A stretch of DNA of 64,000 bases from the human T2T-CHM13v2.0 reference genome, Homo sapiens: NCBI RefSeq assembly GCF_009914755.1, contig NC_060938.1. The stretch is one strand, 5' to 3'. The position numbers were made by a program, and so were the translations under genes. Shown one piece after another: positions 54,002 through 64,000 of this stretch (within the stretch, counting starts at the first letter, position 1; each line of letters opens with the position of its first letter). Under the pieces are notes generated by a model. That model worked only from the letters and a program-made list of their open reading frames with translations. It searched no databases and was not told where the DNA came from.

Positions 54002-54814
54002 AAGAAAGGGAACAGTAGCACAATGATAGGGCATGACAATGTCTGTTCTGTTACCCAGATCTAGCCTTCCCACTGGACTTTGCCCTGTAAGTCCTTCTGG
54101 AGTGGTACAGAAAAGCTTCAGAAGCTTTTTCCAAGAGGAATCTTGTGCGACTCTGGCTATAAACAATGCTCCTCTGGACCCAGGTACCAATGGGAAACAC
54201 ACAGTAGGAGACATAATTTATCTTCCCATTTGTGCTCCAACACCCTGAGGAAGGACTGCACCTACAGTTTTGCAGTTATAGCAGCCTGAGCATTGTGCTA
54301 GAGAAAGACATGTTCTTCCCAGAGCGACAGTGGTAGCTGGCCCAGCAGAGCACCAGTGGAGACAGCAAAGACACGGTGCAGCCTGGTAAAAGAACATTGG
54401 CTTGAAGCATGTCCATCCTCAACACTGAGACATATTGAACCCGTAAGAATGCTTAAGGAGAAATTCTCAGGGACACCAGTTCCTACACTTATGATGGTGA
54501 GAGGTAAAGAAAAATGTGAAATTTGGGTGCAAATGCTAATATTAGTGTATCTGTGCCTTAGAGTGGTGGTCTTTGGGATTCTTCAGGCTCTTTATTTAGT
54601 AGCTTTAATGCTAGCTTGAATTTCCTACTCTTACTTTTTTGACCTCATTTTTTTTACATTAAAACATTTAATATTGTGACATTATTATACACTTTTTTCT
54701 TAAGCGAAATTAAATATTTTCTTAGAATAAGATAGTACTAAATAAATGATTAAGTGATTGATATTTTACAGTAGAAGCTCAAATGAGCAATAAACATGTA
54801 ATGCAAAAGAAGTT

Positions 54815-55285
54815 TGTGGTAGACCAAGTGATAACCACCCAAAGATGTCCACTTCCTGCTTGCCTGTATCTATGAATATGTTATCTTACATGGCAAAAGG
54901 GACCCTACAGATGTGATTAAGTTAAGGATCATAAAATGGAAGATTATCCTGGATTTATTGGGTAGGACCAATATAATCACAATGGTGCTTATAAGACAGA
55001 AGGTGGAAACAAATGAGTCATGGAAGGAGATATGACGATGGAAGCAGAAATCAGAGAAATGCAGCCACTAGCCAAGAGATGCAGGCAGGCCCTAGACATT
55101 GGAAGAGGCATTGAACAGATTCTCTCCTAATAGCCTCTAAAAAGAATGCAACTCTGCAGAACCTCTGATGATTTTCGTGCTGTAAGAGCTATTCTGAACT
55201 TCTGATTTCCAGAACTGTTAAAACCTTAAATGTACATTATTATATAATAGTACATTTGTGGAAATTTGTTACAGCATCAGCAGGA
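54815..55285 (+). mobile_element. MaLR solo LTR (MLT1D-like)
   Basis: 'ccaaagatgtccac...tatgttatcttacatggcaaaagggacc..cagatgtgattaagttaaggatc...atttgttacagcatcagcagga..tagtaca'. Confidence 0.82.
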
Positions 55286-56590
55286 GTATAGTACAAGACT
55301 TTAATGAGATACACTTTACTCCTATCAAATTGCTTTTTTTTCCCCCTAGGTAACACTAAATGTTTAGTAAAGTTTAGTAAAAATAGAACTAATATCCACC
55401 ACTGATAAAGTATAAGCTGAAATATTTTCAGAAAGTAAGCAGCATAGACAAAGGTCTAAATCCTTAAAGTAATTTTAATACTTTGACCAGGTAACTAAAT
55501 TTCAGGAATTTAAGATGAGAAAATAATTAGATATGTGTATAAATACCTTTACACAGTGCTGTGCATTCAAACATTACATATGCTGAAACTAGATTCACTT
55601 AAATGGTTTGGATAAACTTTACTGTATCCATGCAAAGAAATATATTACACAGTTGTCAACTGCATTAAATGCCAAAGTAAAGAGTCAGACACCTAAGTTA
55701 TTGTATATTATAGCTCTAATGTTATAAAATATAACTATAAATCAATATTTGTGAAAGAAAAATATTAATATGAAATATACTAATATAACTCATTTTTGAA
55801 TGAGATGTGTGATGTGTCTTTTTGCCTTTACATCGTCCTGATATTTTTTCATTTTTTCATGAAGGGTTAGTACATTACTTCCATAATCATAAAAAGTAAA
55901 TATGAAATGTATATTTAACATGTTATTATGAGGAAACTCAATAAATAAAGCATATCATCACTGTTATGCTGGAAACGAATGCTGTAAGCCCAGAATCCTC
56001 ACAGTAAGATAGCATCATTCTGTTAACTGATAGTTGGAAAGCTATTGGCTGGTATGTCTGTCAATTCAATTGTTAATCTGTATTCTGTATATTTTTTAAT
56101 ATTAAAAATCATTTTAAAATGTAAACTCCATTATTGTTATAATTTTAAAAATTAACTAAGGTGCCAGGAGTTGTGAATCATCACCACAGGGTTAACAATA
56201 AGAAGTTATATGACTTTCAACTCTTTCCTTTAACCTTCTGGAATACAATTTTCTCACCTAAAAAACAAAGATGTTTCATTAGATGATTAGTCGATTAATT
56301 TATGGTTTTCCAATTGTGACTCTTGTAAGGATCTAAAATATTTATGCCGCACACCTCTTCTGAGAAGAAACTGTCGTTGCTCCAATATTCCTGCCTACAT
56401 CTAACAATATTCCCCGTAAATTACTCTGTAATCCTTTTTCACTCCTTACATGCCTTCATGTCTCTTCTAGTAGATTAGATAACGATGTATGTTCCACTCT
56501 GAGCAGGTATATTCAGACCTACCTATAAAGGTCAAGGGAGCTGAGAGGCCAAAGAAAGGGACTGACAAATCCAGTTTCTCAGAAAGAAAC

Positions 56591-57042
56591 TGTCAGGCCT
56601 CTGAGCCCAAGCCAACCATCCCAGCCCCTGTGACTTGCACATATATGACCAGATGGCCTGAAGTAACTGAAGAATCACAAAAGAAGTGAATATGCCCTGC
56701 CCCACCTTAACTGATGACATTCCACCACAAAAGAAGTGTAAATGGCCGGTCCTTGCCTTAACTGATGACATTACCTTGTGAAAGTCCTTTTCCTGGCTCA
56801 TCCTGGCTCAAAAAGCACCCCCACTGAGCACCTTGCGACCCCCACTCCTGCCTGCCAGAGAACAAACCCCCTTTGACTGTAATTTTCCTTTACCTACCCA
56901 AATCCTATAAAACGGCCCCACCCTTATCTCCCATCGCTGATTCTCTTTTTGGACTCAGCCCGCCTGCACCCAGGTGAAATAAACAGCCATGTTGCTCACG
57001 CAAAGCCTGTTTGGTGGTCTCCTCACACGGACGCGCATGAAA
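56591..57042 (+). promoter_or_regulatory. 5' LTR7 promoter/enhancer
   Basis: tgtcaggcctctgagcccaag...gcgcatgaaa; TATAAAA 56906-56912; AATAAA 56978-56983; ACAAAAGA (SOX-like) at 56677 and 56727; GCCCCACC (KLF/SP-like) at 56699 and 56915. Confidence 0.92.
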
Positions 57043-57044
57043 TT

Positions 57045-57062
57045 TGGTGCTGTGACTCAGAA
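57045..57062 (+). other. Primer binding site complementary to tRNA-His (CpG-decayed)
   Basis: tggtgctgtgactcagaa versus canonical TGGTGCCGTGACTCGGAT, 2 nt after the LTR. Confidence 0.88.
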
Positions 57063-57176
57063 TGGGGGACCTCCCTTGGGAGATCAATCTCCCGTCCTCC
57101 TGTTCTTTGCTCCATGAGAAAGATCCACCTACGACCTCAGGTCGTCAGACAGACCAGCCCAAGAAACATCTCAAAT

Positions 57177-57186
57177 CCGGTAAGCG
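57177..57186 (+). promoter_or_regulatory. HERV-H major splice donor
   Basis: ccg|gtaagc with GT at 57180-57181, ~140 nt downstream of the 5' LTR. Confidence 0.75.
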
Positions 57187-57634
57187 GCCTCTTTTTACTC
57201 TCTTCTCCAACCTCCCTCACTATCCCTCAACCTCTTTCTCCTTTCAATCTTGGTGCCACACTTCAATCTCTCCCTTCTCTTAATTTCAATTCCTTTCATT
57301 TTCTGGTAGAGACAAAGGAGACACGTTTTATCCGTGGACCCAAAACTCCGGCGCTGGTCACGGACTGGGAAGGCAGCCTTCCCTTGGTGTTTAATCATTG
57401 CAGGGACACCTCTCTGATTATTCACCCACGTTTCAAAGGTGTCAGACCACGCAGGGACGCCTGCCTTGGTCCTTCACCCTTAGTGTCAAGTCCCACTTTT
57501 CTGGGGAAGGAGCAAGTACCCCAACCCCTTCTCTCCTTGTCTCTACCCCTTCTCTGCTTTTCTGGGGGACGGACAAGTACCCCTCAACCCCTTCTCCTTC
57601 ACCCTTAGTGGCAAGTCCTGCTTTTCTACGGGGC

Positions 57635-57850
57635 AAGAACCCCCAATCCCTTATTTCTGCGCCCCAACCTCTTATCTCTGTGCCCCAATACCTTATTTCC
57701 ATGCCCCAACCTCTTATATCTCTGCCCCCCAATCCCTTATTTCCGCGCCCCAACCTCTTATATCTCTGCGCCCCAATCCCTTATTTCCACGCCCCAACCT
57801 CTTATTTCTGCACCCCATCCCTTATTTCTGTGCCACAACCCCTTTTCCCA
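57635..57850. repeat. C-rich ~20-bp degenerate tandem repeats of the HERV-H leader
   Basis: Repeated 'ccccaatcccttatttc' and 'ccccaacctcttat(a)tctctg' units. Confidence 0.85.
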
Positions 57851-57929
57851 CTTTTCTGGAAGGTAAGAACCCCCGAACCCCTTCCCTCCATTTCTCTACT
57901 CTCTTTTCTCTAGGCTTACTTCCTTCACC

Positions 57930-59170
57930 ATGGGCAACCTTCCACCCTCCATTCCTCCTTCTACTCCCTTGGCCTGTGTTCTCAAAAACTTAAAACCTCT
58001 TCAACTCACACCTGACCTAAAACCTAAATGCCTTATTTTCTTCTGCAATGCTGCTTGACCCCAATATAAACTCGACAGTAGTTCCAAATAGCCAGAAAAT
58101 GGCACTTTGAATTTTTCCATCCTGCAAAATCTAAGTAATTCTTGTCGTAAAATAGGCAAATGGTCTGAGGTGCCTGATGTCCAGGCATTCTTTTACACAT
58201 CAGTCCCTTCCTGGTCTCTGTGACCAGTGCAACTGGTCCCAAATCTTCCTTCTTTCCCTCCCGCCTGTCTCCTCAGTACCAATCCCAAGCGTCGCTGAGT
58301 CTTTCTAATCTTCCTTTTCTACAGACCCATCTGACCTCTCCCTTCCTCCCCAGGCTGCTCCTCACCAGGCCGAGCTAGGTCCCAATTCTTCCTCAGCCTC
58401 TGCTCCTCCACCCTATAATCTTTTTATCACCTCCCCTCCTCACACCTGGTCCGACTAGCCCTCCCCCTCCTGCCCAGCAATTTACTCTTAAAAAGGTGGC
58501 TGGAGCTAAAGGCATAGTCAAGGTTAATGCTCCTTTCCTTTTTGTTTATCCCAAATCAGATAGTGTTTAGGCTCTTTTTCATCAAATATAAAAATCCAGC
58601 CCAGTTCATGGCTCGTTTGGCAGCAACCCTGAGACACTTTACAGCCCTAGACCCTAAAAGGTCAAAAGGCCGTCTTATTCTCAAAATACATTTTATTACC
58701 CAATCTGCTCCCGACATTAAATAAAACTCCAAAAATTGGAATCTGGCCCTCAAACCCCACAACAGGACTTAATTAACCTCACCTTCAAGGTGTACAATAA
58801 CAGAAAAAAAGTTGCAATTCCTTGCCTCCACTGTGAGACAAACCCCAGCCGCATCTCCAGCACACAAGAACTTCCAAATGCCTGAACCGCAGCAGCTAGG
58901 CATTCCTCCAGAACCTCCTCCCCCAGGAGCTTGCTACACGTGCTGGAAATCTGGCCACCGGGCCAAGGAATGCCCGTAGCCCGGGATTCCTCCTAAGCCG
59001 CGTCCCATCTGTGTGGGACCCCACTGAAAATCGGACTATTCAACTCACCTGGCAGCCACTCCCAGAGCCCCTGGAACTCTGGCCCAAGGCTCTCTGACTG
59101 ACTCCTTCCCAGATCTTCTCGGCTTAGCGGCTGAAGACTGACACTGCCCGATCGCCTCGGAAGCCCCCTA
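57930..59170 (+). pseudogene. HERV-H gag remnant
   Basis: Begins atgggcaacctt (MGNL) at 57930; CCHC knuckle CYTCWKSGHRAKEC at 58932-58973 followed by a stop; second knuckle mutated. Confidence 0.8.
58303..58326 (+). promoter_or_regulatory. Candidate internal splice acceptor
   Basis: Branch-like ttctaat, pyrimidine tract cttccttttct, then acag|ac (AG 58323-58324). Confidence 0.55.
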
Positions 59171-59189
59171 GACCATCACAGACACCGAG

Positions 59190-61560
59190 CTTCGGGTAAC
59201 TCTCACAGTGGAAGGTAAGCCTGTCCCCTTCTTAATCAATACGGAGGCTCCCCACTCCACATTACCTTCTTTTCAAGGGCCTGTTTCCCTTGCCTCCATA
59301 ACTGTTGTGGGTATTGACGGCCAGGCTTCTGAACCTCTTAAAACTCCCCAACTCTGGTGCCAACTTAGACAATACTCTTTTAAGCACTCCTTTTTAGTTA
59401 TCCCCACCTGCCCAGTTCCCTTATTAGGCTGAGACACTTTAACTAAATTATCTGCTTCCCTGACTATTCCTGGACTACAGCTATATCTCATTGCCGCCCT
59501 TCTTCCCAATCCAAAGCCTCCTTTGCGTCCTCCTCTTGTATCCTTCCACCTTAACCCACAAGTATAAGATACCTCTACTCCCTCCTTGGCGACCGATCAT
59601 GCACCCCTTACCATCTCATTAAAACCTAATCACCCTTACCACACTCAATGCCAATATCCCATCCCGCAGCACACTTTAAAAAGATTAAAGCCTGTTATCA
59701 CTCGCCTGCTACAGCATGGCCTTTTAAAGCCTATAAACTCTCCTTACAATTCCCCCATTTTACCTGTCCTAAAACCAGACAAGCCTTACAAGTTAGTTCA
59801 GGATCTGCGCCTTATCAACCAAATTGTTTTGCCTATCCACCTCGTGGTGCCAAACCCATATACTCTCCTATCCTCAATACCTGCCTCTACAACCCATTAT
59901 TCTGTTCTAGATCTCAAACATGCTTTCTTTACTACTCCTTTGCACCCTTAATCCCAGCCTCTCTTTGCTTTCACTTGGACTGACCCTGACACCCATCAAG
60001 CTCAGCAAATTACCTAGGCTGTACTGCTGCAAAGCTTCACAGACAGCCCCCATTACTTCAATCAAGCCCAAATTTCTTCCTCATCTGTTACTTATCTCAG
60101 CATAATTCTCATAAAAACACACGTACTCTCCCTGCCAATTGTGTCCGACTGATCTCTCAAACCCTAACCACTTCTACAAAACAACAACTCCTTTCCTTCC
60201 TGGGCATGGTTGGATACTTTCGCCTTTGGATACCTGGTTTTGCCATCCTAACAAAACCATTATATAAACTCACAAAAGGAAACCTAGCTGACCCCATAGA
60301 TCCTAAATCCTTTCCCCACTCCTCTTTCCATTCCTTGAAGACAGCTTTAGAAACTGCCCCCACCCTAGCTCTCCCTGACTCATCCCGACCCTTTTCATTA
60401 CACACAGCCGAAGTGCAGGGCTGTGCAGTCGGAATTCTTAGATAAGGACAACGATCGCGTCCTGTAGCCTTTTTGTCCAAACAACTTGACCTTATTGTTT
60501 TAGGCTGGCCATCATGTCTCTGTGCAGCCGCTGCTGCTGCCCTAATACTTTTAGAGGCCCTCATAATCACAAACTATGCTCAACTCACTCTCTACAGTTC
60601 TCATAACTTCCAAAATCTATTTTCTTCCTCATACCTGATGCATATACTTTCTGCTTCCCGGCTCCTTCAGCTATACTCACTCTTTGTTGAGTCTCCCACA
60701 ATTACTGTTGTTCCTGGCCCAGACTTCAATCCGGCCTCGCACATTATTCCTGATACCACACCTGACCCCCATGACTGTATCTCTCTGATCCACCTGACAT
60801 TCACCCCATTTCCCCAAATTTCCTTCTTCCCTGTTCCTCACCCTGATCACGCTTGATTTATTGATGGCTGTTCCACCAGGCCTAATCGCCACACACCAGA
60901 AAGGCAGGTTATGCTATAGTACAAGCCACTAGCCCACCTCTTAAAACCTCTCATTTCCTTTCCATCGTGGAAATCTATCCTCCAGGAAATAACTTCTCAG
61001 TGTTCCATCTGCTATTCTACTACTCCTCAGGGATTATTCAGGCCCCATCCCTTCCCTACACATCAAGCTCGAGGACTGGCAAATTAGCTTTACTCAACAT
61101 GCCCAAGTCAGGAAACTAAAATACCTCTTAGTCTAAATAGACACTTTCACTGAATAAGTAAAGGCCTTTCCTACAGGGTCTGAGAAGGCCACCGCAGTCA
61201 TTTCTTCCCTTCTGTCAGACATAATTCCTCAGTTTAGCCTTCCCACCTCAATACAGTCTGATAACAGATGAGCCTTTATTAGTCAAATCAGGCAAGCAGT
61301 TTTTCAGGCTCTTAGTATTCAGTGAAACCTTTATATCCCTTACGGTCCTCCATCTTCAAGAAAAGTAGAATGGACTAAAGGTCTTTTAAATACACACCTC
61401 ACCAAGTTCACCAACTTAAAAAGGACTGGACAATACTTTTACTACATTTCCTTCTCAGAATTCAGGCCTGTCCTCGGAATGCTACAGGGTACAGCCCATT
61501 TAAGCTCCTGTATAGACGCTCCTTTTTATTAGGCCCCAGTCTCATTCCAGACACCAGACC
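59190..61560 (+). pseudogene. HERV-H pro-pol remnant
   Basis: Protease FLINTEA (catalytic DTG lost); RT SPYNSPILPV..LVQDLR..VLDLKHAFF; connection GYFRLWIPGFA..KPLY; integrase motifs with stops; internal deletions. Confidence 0.9.
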
Positions 61561-62150
61561 AACTTAGACTGTGTCCCAAAAAAACTTGTCATCCCTATCT
61601 TCTGTCTAGTCATACTCCTATTCACCGTTCTCAACTACTCATACATGCCCTGCTCTTGTTTAGCCGGTTTACACTGTTTTTCCAAGCCATCACAGCTGAT
61701 ATCTCCTGGTGCTATCCCCAAACTGCCACTCTTAACTCTTGAAGTAAATAAATAATCTTTGCTGGCAGGACTATGCCGAATCTCCTTAAGCACTCTCTAA
61801 TCAGATAATCCTGAGTCGTCCCAATTCTTAGAACTTTTATACCTGTTTTTCTCCTTCTGTTATTCCATTTAGTTTTTCAATTCATACAAAACCGTATCCA
61901 GGCCATCACCAATCATTCTATATGACAAATGTTCCTTCTAACATCCCCACAATATCACCCCTTACCACAAGATCTCCCTTCAGCTTAATCTCTCCCACTC
62001 TAGGTTCCCACGCCGCCCCTAATCCCGCTTGAAGCAGCCCTGAGAAACATCGCCCATTCTCTCTCCATACCACCCCCCAAAAATTTTCGCCACTCCGACA
62101 CTTCAACACTATTTTGTTTTATTTTTCTTATTAATATAAGAAGGCAGGAA

Positions 62151-62603
62151 TGTCAGGCCTCTGAGCCCAAGCCAAGCCATCCCATCCCCTGTGACTTGCA
62201 CATATATGACCAAATGGCCTGAAGTAACTGAAGAATCACAAAAGAAGTGAATATGCTCTGCCCCACATTAACTGATGACATTCCACCACAAAAGAAGTGT
62301 AAATGGCCGGTCCTTGCCTTAACTGATGACATTACCTTGTGAAAGTCCTTTTCCTGGCTCATCCTGGCTCAAAAAGCACCCCCACTGAGCACCTTGTGAC
62401 CCCCACTCCTGCCCGCCAGAGAACAAACCCCCTTTGACTGTAATTTTCCTTTACCTACCCAAATCCTATAAAACGGCCCCACCCTTATCTCCCATCACTG
62501 ATTCTCTTTTTGGACTCAGCCCGCCTGCACCCAGGTGAAATAAACAGCCATGTTGCTCACACAAAGCCTGTTTGGTGGTCTCTTCACACAGACGCGCATG
62601 AAA
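62151..62603 (+). mobile_element. 3' LTR7 with poly(A) signal; polypurine tract immediately upstream
   Basis: Near-identical to the 5' LTR; aagaaggcaggaa at 62138-62150; AATAAA at 62539-62544. Confidence 0.95.
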
Positions 62604-64000
62604 GAAACATTTAATAGGGGCTTATGAACAGAAGCAAGGTCTTGGCCGTGGGATGGTAGATCCCACACCAACCTCCAGAAAGTATTCTTTATATAGCAAG
62701 CTTTTTTGGTAAAATATGTGCAGCTGGTCATGTCTCAGACCATTTTATGAAACTCTTGTTTGCTGAGGAAGTTAGATAGCATCTTTATGAGGGATTATCT
62801 ATGCTACAGGCATTGTTTCTTGGCCTTGCAGAACACCTTGCTAGCAGGAGTCAAATATCAGTCATTATACCTGCTTAGTTTCAAGATGACATCACTCCTG
62901 CCATGCAACAGGCTGTTTCCCTATAGTTCCTTGATTGCTATACATTATTTTATTTATTCACAATCATTTAGCAAGAGTCAGGTATATGCCCAGTGATATA
63001 TGGGAAGTTATTTGTATGTTATAATATACTACTTGAAAAAACTATTCAATGTATGCAGAACAAGTCAATCTTCAATTGGAAACTGTGGTAGGCCAGTGAA
63101 ATAAAATAAAACCATCTCCCTGTTATTAAATATATAATTTCACGTAAGTATGAAATTAAGTATTATAAAATTCCTGTTCAGATCCATATTTGCTACCAAA
63201 ATAGATGAGTCCATTTCTAAATACTTTTCAGAAAAATATAGTGTAATTATATAATAATGGGAAATTTGAAAATATTTTCCTGGAAAATTATTTAAAACTA
63301 ACTGAACATAATAGAAAACTGGACAGATTTTCTTAAAAACATTTTCAAAATCCAGTTAGAAAACTATTATTCAAGAAAGAAAACTTGCTGTGCTAGTAGG
63401 TATCTGTTTTTAGTATATTGAACAAATAGATATTTCAGACTATAATGAAAGCAGAGCCTTTTTTTCCTCTATTAATTTGATGGAATGATCTTCACACCTA
63501 GTCAAAATAGTTCAGTAGAAGGTCACACAGAGAATATCCAGAAAAGAAGTATAAAGAAAATAATAAAAATCTGTGCTGAAATGATAGATACTTTATTGTA
63601 ATCCATGAAAGATTATTGAATTAGATATTGTAATTCTTTTTTTTTTTTTGCCATCTTATTAATCTTTGCAGACAATTGGGCATATAATCAATAAAATATT
63701 CCTAGTAGCAAGTTCATCTAAAATTGGCTGCAGTGTTTTATGCTATTGAGATCATAACTCTAGGCTATTACCTTTTCTAACAAAAAGTCAGCTTTCAATG
63801 AAATCCAGCAGAGAAAATATGTATGCCTGGGGGACAGAATACTTTTCACCCTTATAGGCACTCAAATAGAATCTTTTTTACTCACCATCTATTGTTCATT
63901 CTGCCATCATAAATTTTAAAGATTTCACGAATTGTTTTCAGATAAAACAATGACCATTTTTCTACTGAAATTCCTCAATATGTCCCAACAGAAAACACCA

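Larger units (their letters stand above)
56937..57608 (+). other. Open ESRG/HESRG-like leader frame (non-AUG start; translation unproven)
   Basis: Track ORF 56949-57608 (DSARLHPGEINS..KPVWWS..TPQPLLLHP) closely resembles the HERV-H-derived ESRG putative protein as I recall it. In-frame CTG at 56937; first ATG at ~57114. Confidence 0.5.
56591..62603 (+). mobile_element. HERV-H provirus (6013 bp, deleted RTVL-H-type; gag/pro/pol defective, env largely absent)
   Basis: Two ~452-bp LTRs, perfect TSD gaaac (56586-56590 / 62604-62608), tRNA-His PBS, polypurine tract, gag CCHC knuckle, and pro/RT/RNase H/IN remnants. Confidence 0.97.
56490..62925 (-). mobile_element. Older ERV1 solo LTR (MER66-like; name tentative) split by HERV-H into 56490-56590 and 62604-62925
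   Basis: Removing the provirus and one TSD copy restores 'gacaaatccagtttctcagaaagaaac|atttaataggggcttatgaacagaagc...tcaagatgacatcactcctgccatgcaacaggct'. Confidence 0.7.

Noticed and set aside
57635-57850. Regularly spaced repeats resembling a CRISPR-like array
   Set aside because: Degenerate tandem units with no unique spacers; a normal part of the HERV-H leader in a eukaryotic genome.
59208-60856. HERV-H pro/pol ORFs as active enzymes
   Set aside because: The protease Asp and an RT Asp are mutated, the YxDD region is deleted, and there are stops between fragments.

Overview
This is AT-rich, repeat-dense primate DNA, almost certainly human, and intergenic or deep-intronic. I found no credible host protein-coding exon or RNA gene. 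Main content: (i) an ancient, heavily decayed class I ERV at ~1-5250 with recognisable LTR end and gag-MA, RNase H, integrase and env-TM remnants; (ii) Alu, L1, L2, MIR, MaLR/ERVL solo LTRs and DNA-transposon fossils; (iii) a three-layer L1 nest at 32062-37990; (iv) a 6.0-kb HERV-H provirus (56591-62603, LTR7 type, TSD GAAAC) inserted into an older solo LTR. The provirus keeps an open ESRG-like leader frame, splice signals and an APOBEC3-like G-to-A signature. The structure not explained by repeats is a series of fold-back and templated-insertion scars: a 58-bp perfect palindrome, a 46-bp-stem hairpin, and two short segments copied from 1-2 kb away into self-complementary filler. I found no convincing novel multi-gene system. 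The best leads are the HERV-H transcription unit with its ORF and these scars. Repeat subfamily names come from my memory of consensus sequences and need RepeatMasker/Dfam confirmation.
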